NCBI GenBank assembly: GCA_016839585.1
Contig: JAEOTZ010000054.1
Location: 1 to 36,827, forward strand
Length of the DNA: 36,827 bases
Source: Promethearchaeota archaeon
GTDB lineage: Archaea > Asgardarchaeota > Lokiarchaeia > Sigyniarchaeales > SOKP01
Reading direction: 5' to 3'
Shown here: in pieces, positions 17,084 through 26,123 of the stretch
How the letters are laid out: each line of letters starts with the position of its first letter
Numbering within the stretch: the stretch's first letter is position 1
Made by a program: the position numbers and the translations under genes
The notes under the pieces: model-generated
The model's database searches: none
What the model was told of the DNA's origin: nothing
The model's input: the letters and a program-made list of their open reading frames with translations, nothing else

Positions 17084-18538
17084 ATGGGTCCTAAACAAAT
17101 TTTTGACGAAAAAAAGCTCACGAGCCTACCGGAAAATAAAAGAGAGGCTATGGATAGATGGAGATTAATTTTGGGAAAAAAAGCTGAAGATCATGATATC
17201 AATTTTAGTCCTGATGATGTAAAAGATAGAGATGAAGAACTAGACGAGGAAAAACAGGAGGACAGAGAACAAACTAACAAAGAAGATAAGAGTGAGGGAG
17301 AAGGTAAAGGAGAGGAAAAGGAGGAAAATGAAGGAGACGATATGGAAGACTCGGGAATGAAAGGTGCAGGATCGGGATTTGGTGGTAAGAAAGGCGGATT
17401 TGGTAAGAAACCAACTGGAAAAGGCCAAACTGGATCCGGCAAGAAGCCATCTGGTATGAGTCGAAGTGGATTTGGCAAGCAACAATCTGGTTTGGGGCGA
17501 GCTAGTCTTGGCAAGGAGAAATTTAAGAAAATGGATGACACTTTAGACTTTGTTTATGGTCAACAGGTTGATCAAAAACGCAGTGCAGGGTTAGGTCCCA
17601 GCAGTCTCTCGATTCCTAATTGGATTGAAAACGTGAAGGAACTTTTTCCTACAGATACAAAAGAAGTGCTCGAAAAAGATTTAGTCGAACGATCCGATAT
17701 TAAAGATATTATTGCAAATCCAGAGTTATTTGAAAAGGTAGAACCGAGTCTTGAAATGGTAAAGACTATTATTGCTTTAAAACATATGCTCCCGAACGAA
17801 GTAAAAGATGTTGCTCGTACTTTAGTTAGAAAAGTTGTTGAAGATCTAAGAGATAAATTTAAGGATGAAGTTGAAAAACACATCATAGGAGCAATTAAGC
17901 GAGATATGCACACGCCTATAAAAGTTTTTAGAAATATTGATTGGAAGGAAAGCATTCGCAAGAATTTGAAACATTACGACTCAAACTCGAAAAAGTTAAT
18001 CATGGCCGAACCCCGGTTTTATTGTGCCGAAAAAAAGAAGAAACCGTGGCAGATAGTGGTTTTAATAGACGAGAGCGGTTCTATGACAGATTCAATAGTT
18101 TATTCCGTGGTGCTCGCATCGATTTTTGCGAGCCTTCCGGCAGTTCATACCAATCTCGTGATTTTCGACACCCAAGTCGTTGATCTTTCGGATAGGATTG
18201 ATGATCCCGTTGAAGTGTTAATGACGGTTCAATTAGGCGGAGGCACGAATATCGCTAAAGCTGTACAATACGCTCAAACGCTGATTAAAAATCCGAAAAA
18301 AACGATAATGGTAATTATTAGCGATTTTTATGAGGGAGGAGGCTATAATCGATTAACCGATACGCTAAAGAAAGTATTAGAAGGGCAGACTAGGATCCTA
18401 GGAATCGCTGCGTTAGGGTATAATAATGAACCAATGTATGATAGAAATTATGCTAAATTCATGAATACACTAGGAATCGATGTCCTCGCTTGCACTCCCA
18501 AAAATCTTCCGGAGATTATTGCAAAACTTATGCAATGA
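17084..18538 (+). CDS. VWA-domain protein (VWA_CoxE / YehP-like)
   Basis: 'RWRLILG' N-terminus, MIDAS 'DESGSM', 'QLGGGTNI', 'ISDFYEG'. Confidence 0.9.
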   Translation: MGPKQIFDEKKLTSLPENKREAMDRWRLILGKKAEDHDINFSPDDVKDRDEELDEEKQEDREQTNKEDKSEGEGKGEEKEENEGDDMEDSGMKGAGSGFGGKKGGFGKKPTGKGQTGSGKKPSGMSRSGFGKQQSGLGRASLGKEKFKKMDDTLDFVYGQQVDQKRSAGLGPSSLSIPNWIENVKELFPTDTKEVLEKDLVERSDIKDIIANPELFEKVEPSLEMVKTIIALKHMLPNEVKDVARTLVRKVVEDLRDKFKDEVEKHIIGAIKRDMHTPIKVFRNIDWKESIRKNLKHYDSNSKKLIMAEPRFYCAEKKKKPWQIVVLIDESGSMTDSIVYSVVLASIFASLPAVHTNLVIFDTQVVDLSDRIDDPVEVLMTVQLGGGTNIAKAVQYAQTLIKNPKKTIMVIISDFYEGGGYNRLTDTLKKVLEGQTRILGIAALGYNNEPMYDRNYAKFMNTLGIDVLACTPKNLPEIIAKLMQ

Positions 18539-18543
18539 AGCAA

Positions 18544-19356
18544 CTAAATATTTTTTTTTAACTTCATAGCTTCATTTTCAAATAACCATTTAAGAATTAT
18601 CCCAAAAACTAACAATTCTTGGCCCTCTAAACTATGACCACAATTTTCTAGTAAAATTGCATGTTTTTCAGGAATTGCCGCTTGTTTTTTGTTTAGTTCA
18701 AAAGTTATTGAGGGTGGAAATATACTATCATCTTTTCCATGAATTAAAAATACTCGATTATTATTAAATTCTGGATCATTTTTAAGGAAATAATGCGCGG
18801 ATATTTTAATTGCACGCTCATCTTTTACTTTGGAAATTATGCGCTTAACGAACCATCCTGCTGATAAAAAGTGAAATTTTGCTTTAAGCAGCAACTCAAC
18901 AGAATGTAATGCACTAATCCCTACAACCATTGTGACCCGCATGTCTTCATAACATTTTGTTAAAACAGATGTACCTCCCATTGATTTTCCTATACAACAC
19001 AAGGACCCCTTTTTAACGTCCTCAAAAGAGCAGACAGAGTCGAGGACACAATCAACATCCTCAAATAATTTAAACCATTCTGCTTTTTTTCCACCTGCTT
19101 CTCCATGACCTCTCTGATCAAAAGCAATAGTAAGATATCCCATATGAGCGAGGGCAACGAGATTTATTTCATTAACCTCTTTTTTCGCCCAAAATCCATG
19201 AAAAAATATAATTGTTGGTCTAGGATGGGGATATCGCCTTCCATTAGGAGTTACTATTGTTTCCGAAATTGAACGATAAAAATTTCCAGTTGATTTTACA
19301 CCGTCGTCAAAAGTGATTTCCACCTTCTGAATATCTACTATACTTTTCGATTGCAT
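18544..19356 (-). CDS. Alpha/beta-fold hydrolase
   Basis: 'FFHGF', 'DQRGHG', nucleophile elbow 'GKSMGG', 'IHGKDD', 'GHS'. Confidence 0.9.
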   Translation of the reverse strand: MQSKSIVDIQKVEITFDDGVKSTGNFYRSISETIVTPNGRRYPHPRPTIIFFHGFWAKKEVNEINLVALAHMGYLTIAFDQRGHGEAGGKKAEWFKLFEDVDCVLDSVCSFEDVKKGSLCCIGKSMGGTSVLTKCYEDMRVTMVVGISALHSVELLLKAKFHFLSAGWFVKRIISKVKDERAIKISAHYFLKNDPEFNNNRVFLIHGKDDSIFPPSITFELNKKQAAIPEKHAILLENCGHSLEGQELLVFGIILKWLFENEAMKLKKNI

Positions 19357-19517
19357 TTTTAAACGGCAAATGATGTCAAATTGTTAATAATGATAAATAA
19401 GTTGGAATTAATTAAATTATATAGATTTTTCTTAAAAAAAAGATTATAGAGTTTTTAAACAAATAACAATATAATTAGTTTTTTTTTTAATATTTAAAAA
19501 TAAAAGGTGTCATTTAT

Positions 19518-20814
19518 ATGAAGAATTGGGAACACAGTTATTCTCGAAAAGTTACCTCTAAAGAGGAAGCTATCTTAAATATAAAGTCAGGGAATAGAGT
19601 AGTTTTTGGACATGCTGCCGGGGAACCAATACTCTTAGCAGATGAGCTTGTTAGACAAAAAGATCGTCTCAGGAACGTTGAGATCGTTCATATGGTTCCT
19701 CTAAGAGAATGTCAATATTGTTTGCCTGAAATAAAACAACATTTTTACCATAACTCTTTATTTGCAGGTGCAGGAGCACGACAAGCAATTAAGGAAGGGA
19801 GAGCTGATTATACACCCGTATTTTTTTCTGAAATACCACGCCTTTTTCGAGATAATATTTTACCAGTAGATGTAGCATTAATTCAACTTTCTCCCCCAGA
19901 TGAGAATGGTTACCTTAGCTTCGGAGTATCCGTAGATTATACAATGCAAGCTGCAAAATCCTCAAAAATTGTAATTGCTGAAGTAAACAAACAAATGCCA
20001 AGAACATATGGAACTTACATCCATATATCTGAAGTTGATTATATTGTTGAGACTGACAGCCCCTTAATCGAAATACCTCTTCCTAAAATCACCAGTATTG
20101 AAGAAAATATTGGAAGGAAAATTGCCTCATTAGTTCGTGATCGAGCAAATCTCCAATTAGGTATTGGTGGGATACCTGATGCTGCATTGAAATTTCTAAC
20201 GAAAAAAAAAGATTTAGGAATTCACACAGAGATGTTTTCTGATGGAGTAGTTGAGTTATATGAAAAAGGAGTTGTAACAAATAAATATAATAACCTAAAT
20301 CCGGGTAAGTTTATTGCTACGTTCTTAATGGGCACAAAAAAGCTTTATCAATTTGTTGATAATAATCCTAATGTTGAAATGCATCCTGTTGACTACACTA
20401 ATAATGTAATGATTGCTGGGAAAGTTAAAAATCTAGTTTCTATTAAATTCTGCTCTCCAAGTAGATTTATTTGGTCAAGTGTGTGCGGATACACTCGGAT
20501 ATCAACAATATTCTGGTGTTGGAGGACAGGTTGATTTTGTTCGCGCGTCAAGTTTATCTCCTGGAGGTAAATCAATTATCGCACTTCCCTCAGCAAACAA
20601 AAAGAAAACAATTAGTCGAATCGTTTCAAAATTAAGCGAAGGAGCGTGTGTAACAACTTCACGTAATGATGTCCATTATGTTATTACCGAGTATGGTATT
20701 GCCAATTTACGTGGAAAAACAACCCGCCAACGAGCAGAAGCTTTGATTAATATAGCCCATCCTGATTTTCGCGATCAACTTAAGAAGGATTTTAATAAAA
20801 TATTTATCTCTTAA
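19518..20814 (+). pseudogene. 4-hydroxybutyrate CoA-transferase / acetyl-CoA hydrolase family, frameshifted (pseudogene or sequence error)
   Basis: 'LQLGIGGIP', 'LGIHTEM', then 'GVGGQVDF..', 'VITEYG.A.LRGK' in a second frame. Removing one A at 20445-20447 restores 'SINSALQVDLFGQV'. Confidence 0.85.
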
Positions 20815-20871
20815 ATTAACCTTTCAAAAAAAAAAGAAAAATAAGATCTCGTTTAAGGTTACAGAAATCTT

Positions 20872-22227
20872 TTATTTATTTTCAACTGATTTTGCTTCAG
20901 TAATATCTTGAATTATGAGTTGGATTAAAATTTCATTATATAATCTTACTAAAGTACTTGAGATTTTAACCCAAATTAATCTTCCATCTTTAGTATAACA
21001 TTGAATATCTATGGGTTCTAATTTTTGACCTTTTGTTAATTGCTCGTATGCATCTTCTAGTTTAGAAAGTGATTTTGAAGGGAAGGCAATAAGTTCAAGA
21101 AGATTTTTTCCAAAAAACTCATCCATTTCATATTTAAATAACTTTAGAGTTGCAGAATTGCATTCTATTATACTGCCTTTAAAGTTCATTAATATAACAG
21201 AATATGGAGAGGTTTCAAGTAAATGATGAAACTTTTCCTTAGATTCTTTTAATTTTATTATATTTTCATGAATACTTTCTTTTAAATCGTTTTCTAAATC
21301 TTCACATTTAATTTTCAAATTTAATAATTTGTCTTCTAATTTTTTATGTTCAGATATATTTCTAATAACGCCGATAAATTTAATAGTTCCTTGCTCTTTA
21401 TAGACAACTCCTCTTGTAGACACAGGAATATAATAACCATCTTTATGATATGTTCTGTACTCAGTATAAAGAATTTCTTCTTTTATAATTGCTTCTTTCA
21501 TCTTTGTTCTTATCAAAGGTAAATCTTCTGGATGGACAAAATCAAATGCATTTAATCCAATTAGTTCTTTGGGATGATACCCAAACACATCAAGTGATTG
21601 AGAGGATAAAAAAGAAAAAATCCCATCTGAATTGACTTCAACAGTAACATCTAATATATTATTAATTACTTTTTCAAATCTCTCATAGGATTTCTTTATT
21701 TTTTCAATATATTTTTTTCTTCTACCTATATATCTCTGTGAATCCATTGGCTTGAAAACTCTATAAGGAACTTTAAAACTTTTTAATAGTTCTTCCACGA
21801 CATTAAGTTTTGCTGAATTGCCAGTAGAAAGCTCAATTAAAGGGGTAGGTTTAGGAATTTCAATTATGGTGAAAAGGATTGCTAATCTATCATTATGATA
21901 AAAATTTTTTGAAAAGACTTCAATCCATATGGTTTCACCTGATTTTAAGAATATTCGACAATTATACCTTGTCGTGTTGTATTTCTTCTCTTTTAACTTA
22001 GTCTCCATTTTTTTTTTTACTATGGATAAATCATCGGGATGGATTAGTTTCATCCAGAAATCTTTTTCTTGAATTTCGTCCAAAGAATATCCGAATTGTT
22101 TTAAAATTGTGTTATTCACATATATAATTCTATTATCTTGAAGTACTCCGATTCCCAGTAAAGAATTGTCAATAAACTCTTTTTCAGAAAAAATATTTTC
22201 ACATATATCTTGATAACTTATTATCAT
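20872..22227 (-). CDS. Multi-PAS domain protein without output domain
   Basis: Three PAS/PAC repeats (IHPDD...GETIW; VHPED...HKDG...RNISE; TKDGRLIW...QDITE) and a coiled-coil linker. Confidence 0.85.
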   Translation of the reverse strand: MIISYQDICENIFSEKEFIDNSLLGIGVLQDNRIIYVNNTILKQFGYSLDEIQEKDFWMKLIHPDDLSIVKKKMETKLKEKKYNTTRYNCRIFLKSGETIWIEVFSKNFYHNDRLAILFTIIEIPKPTPLIELSTGNSAKLNVVEELLKSFKVPYRVFKPMDSQRYIGRRKKYIEKIKKSYERFEKVINNILDVTVEVNSDGIFSFLSSQSLDVFGYHPKELIGLNAFDFVHPEDLPLIRTKMKEAIIKEEILYTEYRTYHKDGYYIPVSTRGVVYKEQGTIKFIGVIRNISEHKKLEDKLLNLKIKCEDLENDLKESIHENIIKLKESKEKFHHLLETSPYSVILMNFKGSIIECNSATLKLFKYEMDEFFGKNLLELIAFPSKSLSKLEDAYEQLTKGQKLEPIDIQCYTKDGRLIWVKISSTLVRLYNEILIQLIIQDITEAKSVENK

Positions 22228-22380
22228 ACTCTATCATGATATTAAAACTATTTTGCTTAAAATAAGATTCTTCAAGGTGTAAATAAAAAATCTTTTGTTA
22301 ATATTAATTGTTTAAAGATTATAAAAATGTTTAAAAATTATTTTGATTCTGTTTGAATGATTATTATACAAAAAATTATG

Positions 22381-22418
22381 GAAAAAAAAAAGAAAGAAAG
22401 AAAAGAAAAAAAGGAAAA
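22381..22418 (-). terminator. U-rich archaeal terminator candidate
   Basis: A long A/G tract on + is a T/C tract on -, about 45 nt downstream of the stop of the 22462..22776 gene. Confidence 0.45.
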
Positions 22419-22461
22419 TTAAGATTTTTAATTTTGATATATAATTTACTCTAAAGTCTTG

Positions 22462-22776
22462 TTAACCTTTTATTTGTTTTTTCAATTTTACCAATATTGG
22501 GAGTATTTTGGTTACTTCCATAGCAGGAGTACTTTTAATAAATTTAATAAACCCAGGTTTAGCAATTCTCCACATGTTAATATTCCTTGTTAATACTTCT
22601 TCACTGTCGGCTTCATCAATACCAATACCCCAATAATCTGTGGCACTAATGTAAAATGCGATTTCCTTTATTCCTTCAGCTGGGTAGATTTTTTTACTCA
22701 TAAGCTCTTGTGCAATTTCAGCCATCTCTCCTGGATCAAAATCTGGATTTAGCTCCCAATATGTAATAAATATCAT
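22462..22776 (-). CDS. Small hypothetical protein (DUF3303/GYD-like ferredoxin-fold)
   Basis: 104-aa ORF with GGTGGT Shine-Dalgarno. Pattern M-F---W...PEG-K....G..I.EADS....W. Confidence 0.55.
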   Translation of the reverse strand: MIFITYWELNPDFDPGEMAEIAQELMSKKIYPAEGIKEIAFYISATDYWGIGIDEADSEEVLTRNINMWRIAKPGFIKFIKSTPAMEVTKILPILVKLKKQIKG

Positions 22777-22996
22777 TTTTATTTACCACCTTTATATCTT
22801 CATTTTGTAATTTATTTTATTAGATTAGATTTCGGTGCAAAATACAAATTAATTTTCATATATTTAATTTTTTCTTTTTTATCAAGTGGCTTTTATAAAC
22901 CTATTATTATTAGAATAAATTGAAGTAGTGAAATTTTAAACTTAAAAGATGTAATATAAAAAATATCGCTGAAAATTTCAAAAAAACAGAAAAGAA

Positions 22997-23542
22997 ATGA
23001 AGGTCAGGAAAGCAGGAGTATCTGATGCGCTTGGAATAGCAAAAGTTCATGTTGATACATGGAGAAGTGCTTATAAAGGTATAATTTCAGATAAATTTCT
23101 TCAAAGCTTAAATTATATAGGACGTGAAAATAGATGCAAGGAACGATTGAAAAATCAGGAAGAAAAACATTTTTTTTATGTTGCTGAAGATGAGTTAAGG
23201 GGTATTATTGGTTTCGCTGTAGGTGGATTAGAACAATTTGAACCCAATATAGAGGATCCTATAACTTCTAAGTACGAGGGAGAATTATTAGCAATATACG
23301 TTCTTGAAGAGTATCAAAGAAAGGGAATTGGTGCTCAATTAGTCCAAAAAGTTATAAAAAATCTTTTAGAACATGCAATCAATAGTATGCTGGTGTGGGT
23401 CTTAAAGGAGAGTAACTATCGTGTTTTTTATGAAAAACTCGGGGGAAAATATTTAACTGAAAATTATTAAGAAATTGGTGGAGATAAATATAAATTAGTA
23501 TCATATGGATGGAACAATATTAAAGAAAATATTAAATTATGA
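22997..23542 (+). pseudogene. GNAT N-acetyltransferase with an in-frame TAA near the C-terminus
   Basis: 'IAKVHVDTWRSAYKGI', 'AIYV..EYQRKGIG', 'FYEKLGG'. After the TAA at 23468-23470 the same frame continues EIGGDKYKLVSYGW...TGA (23542), the normal C-terminus of this family. Confidence 0.75.
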
Positions 23543-23760
23543 AAATATATGATTATATAGCGTCAATTTTAGCTGCAAGTATAAAATCATTAGCGTGAAG
23601 TCCTTTTATTGCAAGTGTGTGAAATTCTAAAATAAATTTATAGCGGTATATATAAATATCTGGATGGTGACGAAAAAGATACTTTACCAAATTTTTTTAA
23701 TATCAATTCATATTGGGTTTATAGAGTTTATTTAAAATTTTGAATAATGGGGTTAAAAAA

Positions 23761-24042
23761 ATGTATTGTCAAAACTGTGGATCTGAAATTGATGTAAGTG
23801 CTAAAATATGTCCGTATTGTGGAAGAATAATTAATATTTCTGAAGTTATACAGCAAAAAGATACTAAAATTCAAGAAATGGAGCAAAAAATATCAGAATT
23901 AGAGCAAATAGTTAAGGAGGGATCGAAATCAACAAATAAAGCAATTAAGGAAAATTTATTTCAACCTTGGATTTTTATTTTTCCAGTCGTATTTGTAGTA
24001 TTATTTTTCATGTTTTTTATAATATTAGTTGCAATTAGATAA
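23761..24042 (+). CDS. Zinc-ribbon + coiled-coil + C-terminal transmembrane protein
   Basis: MYCQNCG-x10-CPYCG, heptad 'KIQEMEQKISELEQ', and a terminal hydrophobic helix. Confidence 0.8.
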   Translation: MYCQNCGSEIDVSAKICPYCGRIINISEVIQQKDTKIQEMEQKISELEQIVKEGSKSTNKAIKENLFQPWIFIFPVVFVVLFFMFFIILVAIR

Positions 24043-24112
24043 AAATAATTACATTCCTTTTGAGTGGGATTAATAAATTAATATAGTAATTATAGGACAA
24101 AATAAGTGAAAA

Positions 24113-24343
24113 ATGAATAAAAAAGAATTAGAAAGATTCTTCAATCGATTAGAGGAATTGTTAGAAATTAATGGATGTAATGGACGCGATTTAACCAATG
24201 CAAAAATAATTTTAGAAGAAATGGGTATATCTAAAGAGGAACAAGAAGAATTTTTAGAAAATTGTAAAAAATCTGGTGGATTTTGTGATTGTGAGATCTT
24301 TTTAAACTCTGAAGATTATTTGAGGGAATTATATTATAAATAA
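24113..24343 (+). CDS. DUF2695-family protein
   Basis: 'GGFCDCEIFLN' signature. Confidence 0.75.
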   Translation: MNKKELERFFNRLEELLEINGCNGRDLTNAKIILEEMGISKEEQEEFLENCKKSGGFCDCEIFLNSEDYLRELYYK

Positions 24344-24432
24344 TAACAATACATAAAAAGAGAAATTTTTGATTGGATACAAAATTCAGTGAAATAACCT
24401 CATAAAGTAATAGGCAATTTATTAATAATTGT

Positions 24433-25002
24433 TTATTTCTGAAGTAGTTTTGCTGCTTTTAGAATATTAAATCCAAGAATTTCTGCTTGTTTTAACCGGT
24501 TTTCTTGGTTTAAAATGTCGCCAGGCTTGTCAGCTACAGCTTTTACCCCATGTAATTCACCAGGAACACATATAATTCCACATGAGAGCATCCATGCATG
24601 AATGGCATTAATTGTTATTGCTTGACCTCCCGATGTTCCATTACCAACCGCGATAGCTCCACCTACTTTCCCTTCTAAAGGTTTTTCGACCTTTACCGCA
24701 TAGTGTCTATCAAGTAAGGAGAGTAATTGAGCACTAACATTTAGGTAATAAACAGGACTTGAGATTATAATCGCATTACTCCATCGAAACGCATCATAAA
24801 TTCCTTGCATATCATCATTAATGATACAACTACCAGTTTCTCTACATGAGTCACAGGCATTACAGGGTTTTATTTTTAATTCACTTAAAAGAAAAGTCTT
24901 AACATTCCATCCATTATTTTTAAAAGGTTTTAGAGCATAACTTAAGAGAATTTCACTATTCCCTTTCTTCCTAGGAGTCCCCGAGATACCCATAACATTC
25001 AT
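24433..25002 (-). CDS. Iron-sulfur flavoprotein (flavodoxin / FMN reductase family)
   Basis: 'GTPRKKGNS', CxxCxxCx5C...DDM, 'SPVY'. Confidence 0.9.
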   Translation of the reverse strand: MNVMGISGTPRKKGNSEILLSYALKPFKNNGWNVKTFLLSELKIKPCNACDSCRETGSCIINDDMQGIYDAFRWSNAIIISSPVYYLNVSAQLLSLLDRHYAVKVEKPLEGKVGGAIAVGNGTSGGQAITINAIHAWMLSCGIICVPGELHGVKAVADKPGDILNQENRLKQAEILGFNILKAAKLLQK

Positions 25003-25154
25003 TTTTTAACATTCCTAATAATTGTATTTTTTCTGCAATTTCTATTCACTAACATTCGTATCCAATCGGTATTTTTTATTGAAATAAAACTGAAAAAAAT
25101 AAAAATTTTGATCTTATAAATTTTAAATTTAATCTTAAAATGAATTCTTTTACT

Positions 25155-25238
25155 TTAACAACACCTTTCTTTTGATTGGGATTCTTTATCATCATCTTTT
25201 GATTCTTCAGTACAACATCCTTTTTCTTTATCAGTCAT
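25155..25238 (-). CDS. 27-aa Cys-Cys peptide MTDKEKGCCTEESKDDDKESQSKERCC (not in ORF track)
   Basis: Hand-translated from ATG 25238 to TAA 25155. GAGGTG Shine-Dalgarno lies about 10 nt upstream, and two operator-like palindromes lie further upstream. Confidence 0.7.
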   Translation of the reverse strand: MTDKEKGCCTEESKDDDKESQSKERCC

Positions 25239-25284
25239 ATGTAATTAACACCTCATTATCGATTTTGTTTGATTAATTAAGTAA

Positions 25285-25340
25285 TAATTAGGATCCTAAC
25301 TATTTAAATGTTTCGTTCCGTATAATTAAGATCCTAACAA
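25285..25340. promoter_or_regulatory. Two MarR-type operators upstream of the Cys-Cys peptide
   Basis: TAATTAGGATCCTAACTA at 25285-25302 (core TTAGGATCCTAA is palindromic) and TAATTAAGATCCTAACAA at 25323-25340. Confidence 0.7.
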
Positions 25341-25374
25341 AGGTTTAAAAATACGAAAATCTTGAGTTAAATGC

Positions 25375-25839
25375 TTAATACTTTAGTGAGTTTGACAATT
25401 TCTGAAGTAATTCTCCTAACTTCTTTATCTCTTCTTGATTAATTTCAGGACAGCAACCGTTTACCATCGTCTCTATTGGAGGTGTAACTTTTTTTAATTC
25501 TTTTCCTTTTTCTGTTAGATTAACAAGAAGACTCCTTCTATCGTCAGGATTTAAGTTGCGAGACACTAATTCCTTTTTTTCCATTGTGTCTACTACCCCT
25601 GTAATTGTAGATCTTGAACAACCACATTTTTCTGCTAATTCTTTAAATTGTTGACCATCGGATTCCCAAAGTTGAGTAAGAATAAAGTGCTGGGTTGGTG
25701 TGAGTTCTAATTCTTGTATGTTATCACGTTGAATCTTTTCGTATTTTTTATTTAATATATTAATAAGTTCAAAAACATCTACAATGTCTTTGGGTTGACA
25801 ACATTCATCTCGGGAATCTAAAGTTTCTTTTTCACTCAT
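25375..25839 (-). CDS. MarR-family regulator with flanking Cys-Cys motifs
   Basis: 'LTPTQHFIL', 'ELAEKCGCSRSTITGVVD.ME...LV.R..NP.DRRS...LTEKG', with ECCQP near the N-terminus and GCCPE near the C-terminus. Confidence 0.92.
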   Translation of the reverse strand: MSEKETLDSRDECCQPKDIVDVFELINILNKKYEKIQRDNIQELELTPTQHFILTQLWESDGQQFKELAEKCGCSRSTITGVVDTMEKKELVSRNLNPDDRRSLLVNLTEKGKELKKVTPPIETMVNGCCPEINQEEIKKLGELLQKLSNSLKY

Positions 25840-25849
25840 TTTTTTTAAC

Positions 25850-25867
25850 TTGTTAGGAACATAATAA
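25850..25867. promoter_or_regulatory. Degenerate third MarR operator (autoregulation)
   Basis: The reverse complement TTATTATGTTCCTAACAA matches the 25323 site at 15/18 positions and lies 11 nt upstream of the marR ATG. Confidence 0.5.
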
Positions 25868-26123
25868 TTTATATCCTTATAATTTAGATAGATTATTTAC
25901 CTTAATAATTTTTAGGGAATTTGTGTTTGATAAATGATGAATTTTTTTTATTGTCTATAAAATAGAAAATAATTTTGGATTATAACTTAGAATATGAAGA
26001 ATGGTTCTTAGCATGATTATAAAAAATAAATATTAGAAATATATAGCATGACTAGTTAATTTTATATACTCTTATTTTTTGTTAAAGCATACAAAACTTT
26101 ATTAAAAAGAATAGGTACTCAAA

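Noticed and set aside
17191-18183. Several antisense or alternative-frame ORFs over the VWA gene
   Set aside because: These are shadows of low-complexity, higher-GC coding sequence, with no motifs.
13600-18538. Apparently higher GC/CpG in the MoxR-VWA operon as a sign of horizontal transfer
   Set aside because: This is a visual impression only and was not computed. No flanking repeats, tRNA or integrase were seen.
23468-23470. Selenocysteine/pyrrolysine recoding at the GNAT internal stop
   Set aside because: The codon is TAA, not TGA or TAG, and TAA is used as a normal stop throughout the window.
23761-24042. SNARE assignment for the tail-anchored protein
   Set aside because: The coiled coil is far shorter than the roughly 60-aa SNARE motif and is not adjacent to the TM helix.
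25155-25163. C-terminal CC of the peptide as a Rab-type prenylation signal
   Set aside because: There is no GTPase body, and a second internal CC plus the CC-rich MarR context favour metal/thiol chemistry.
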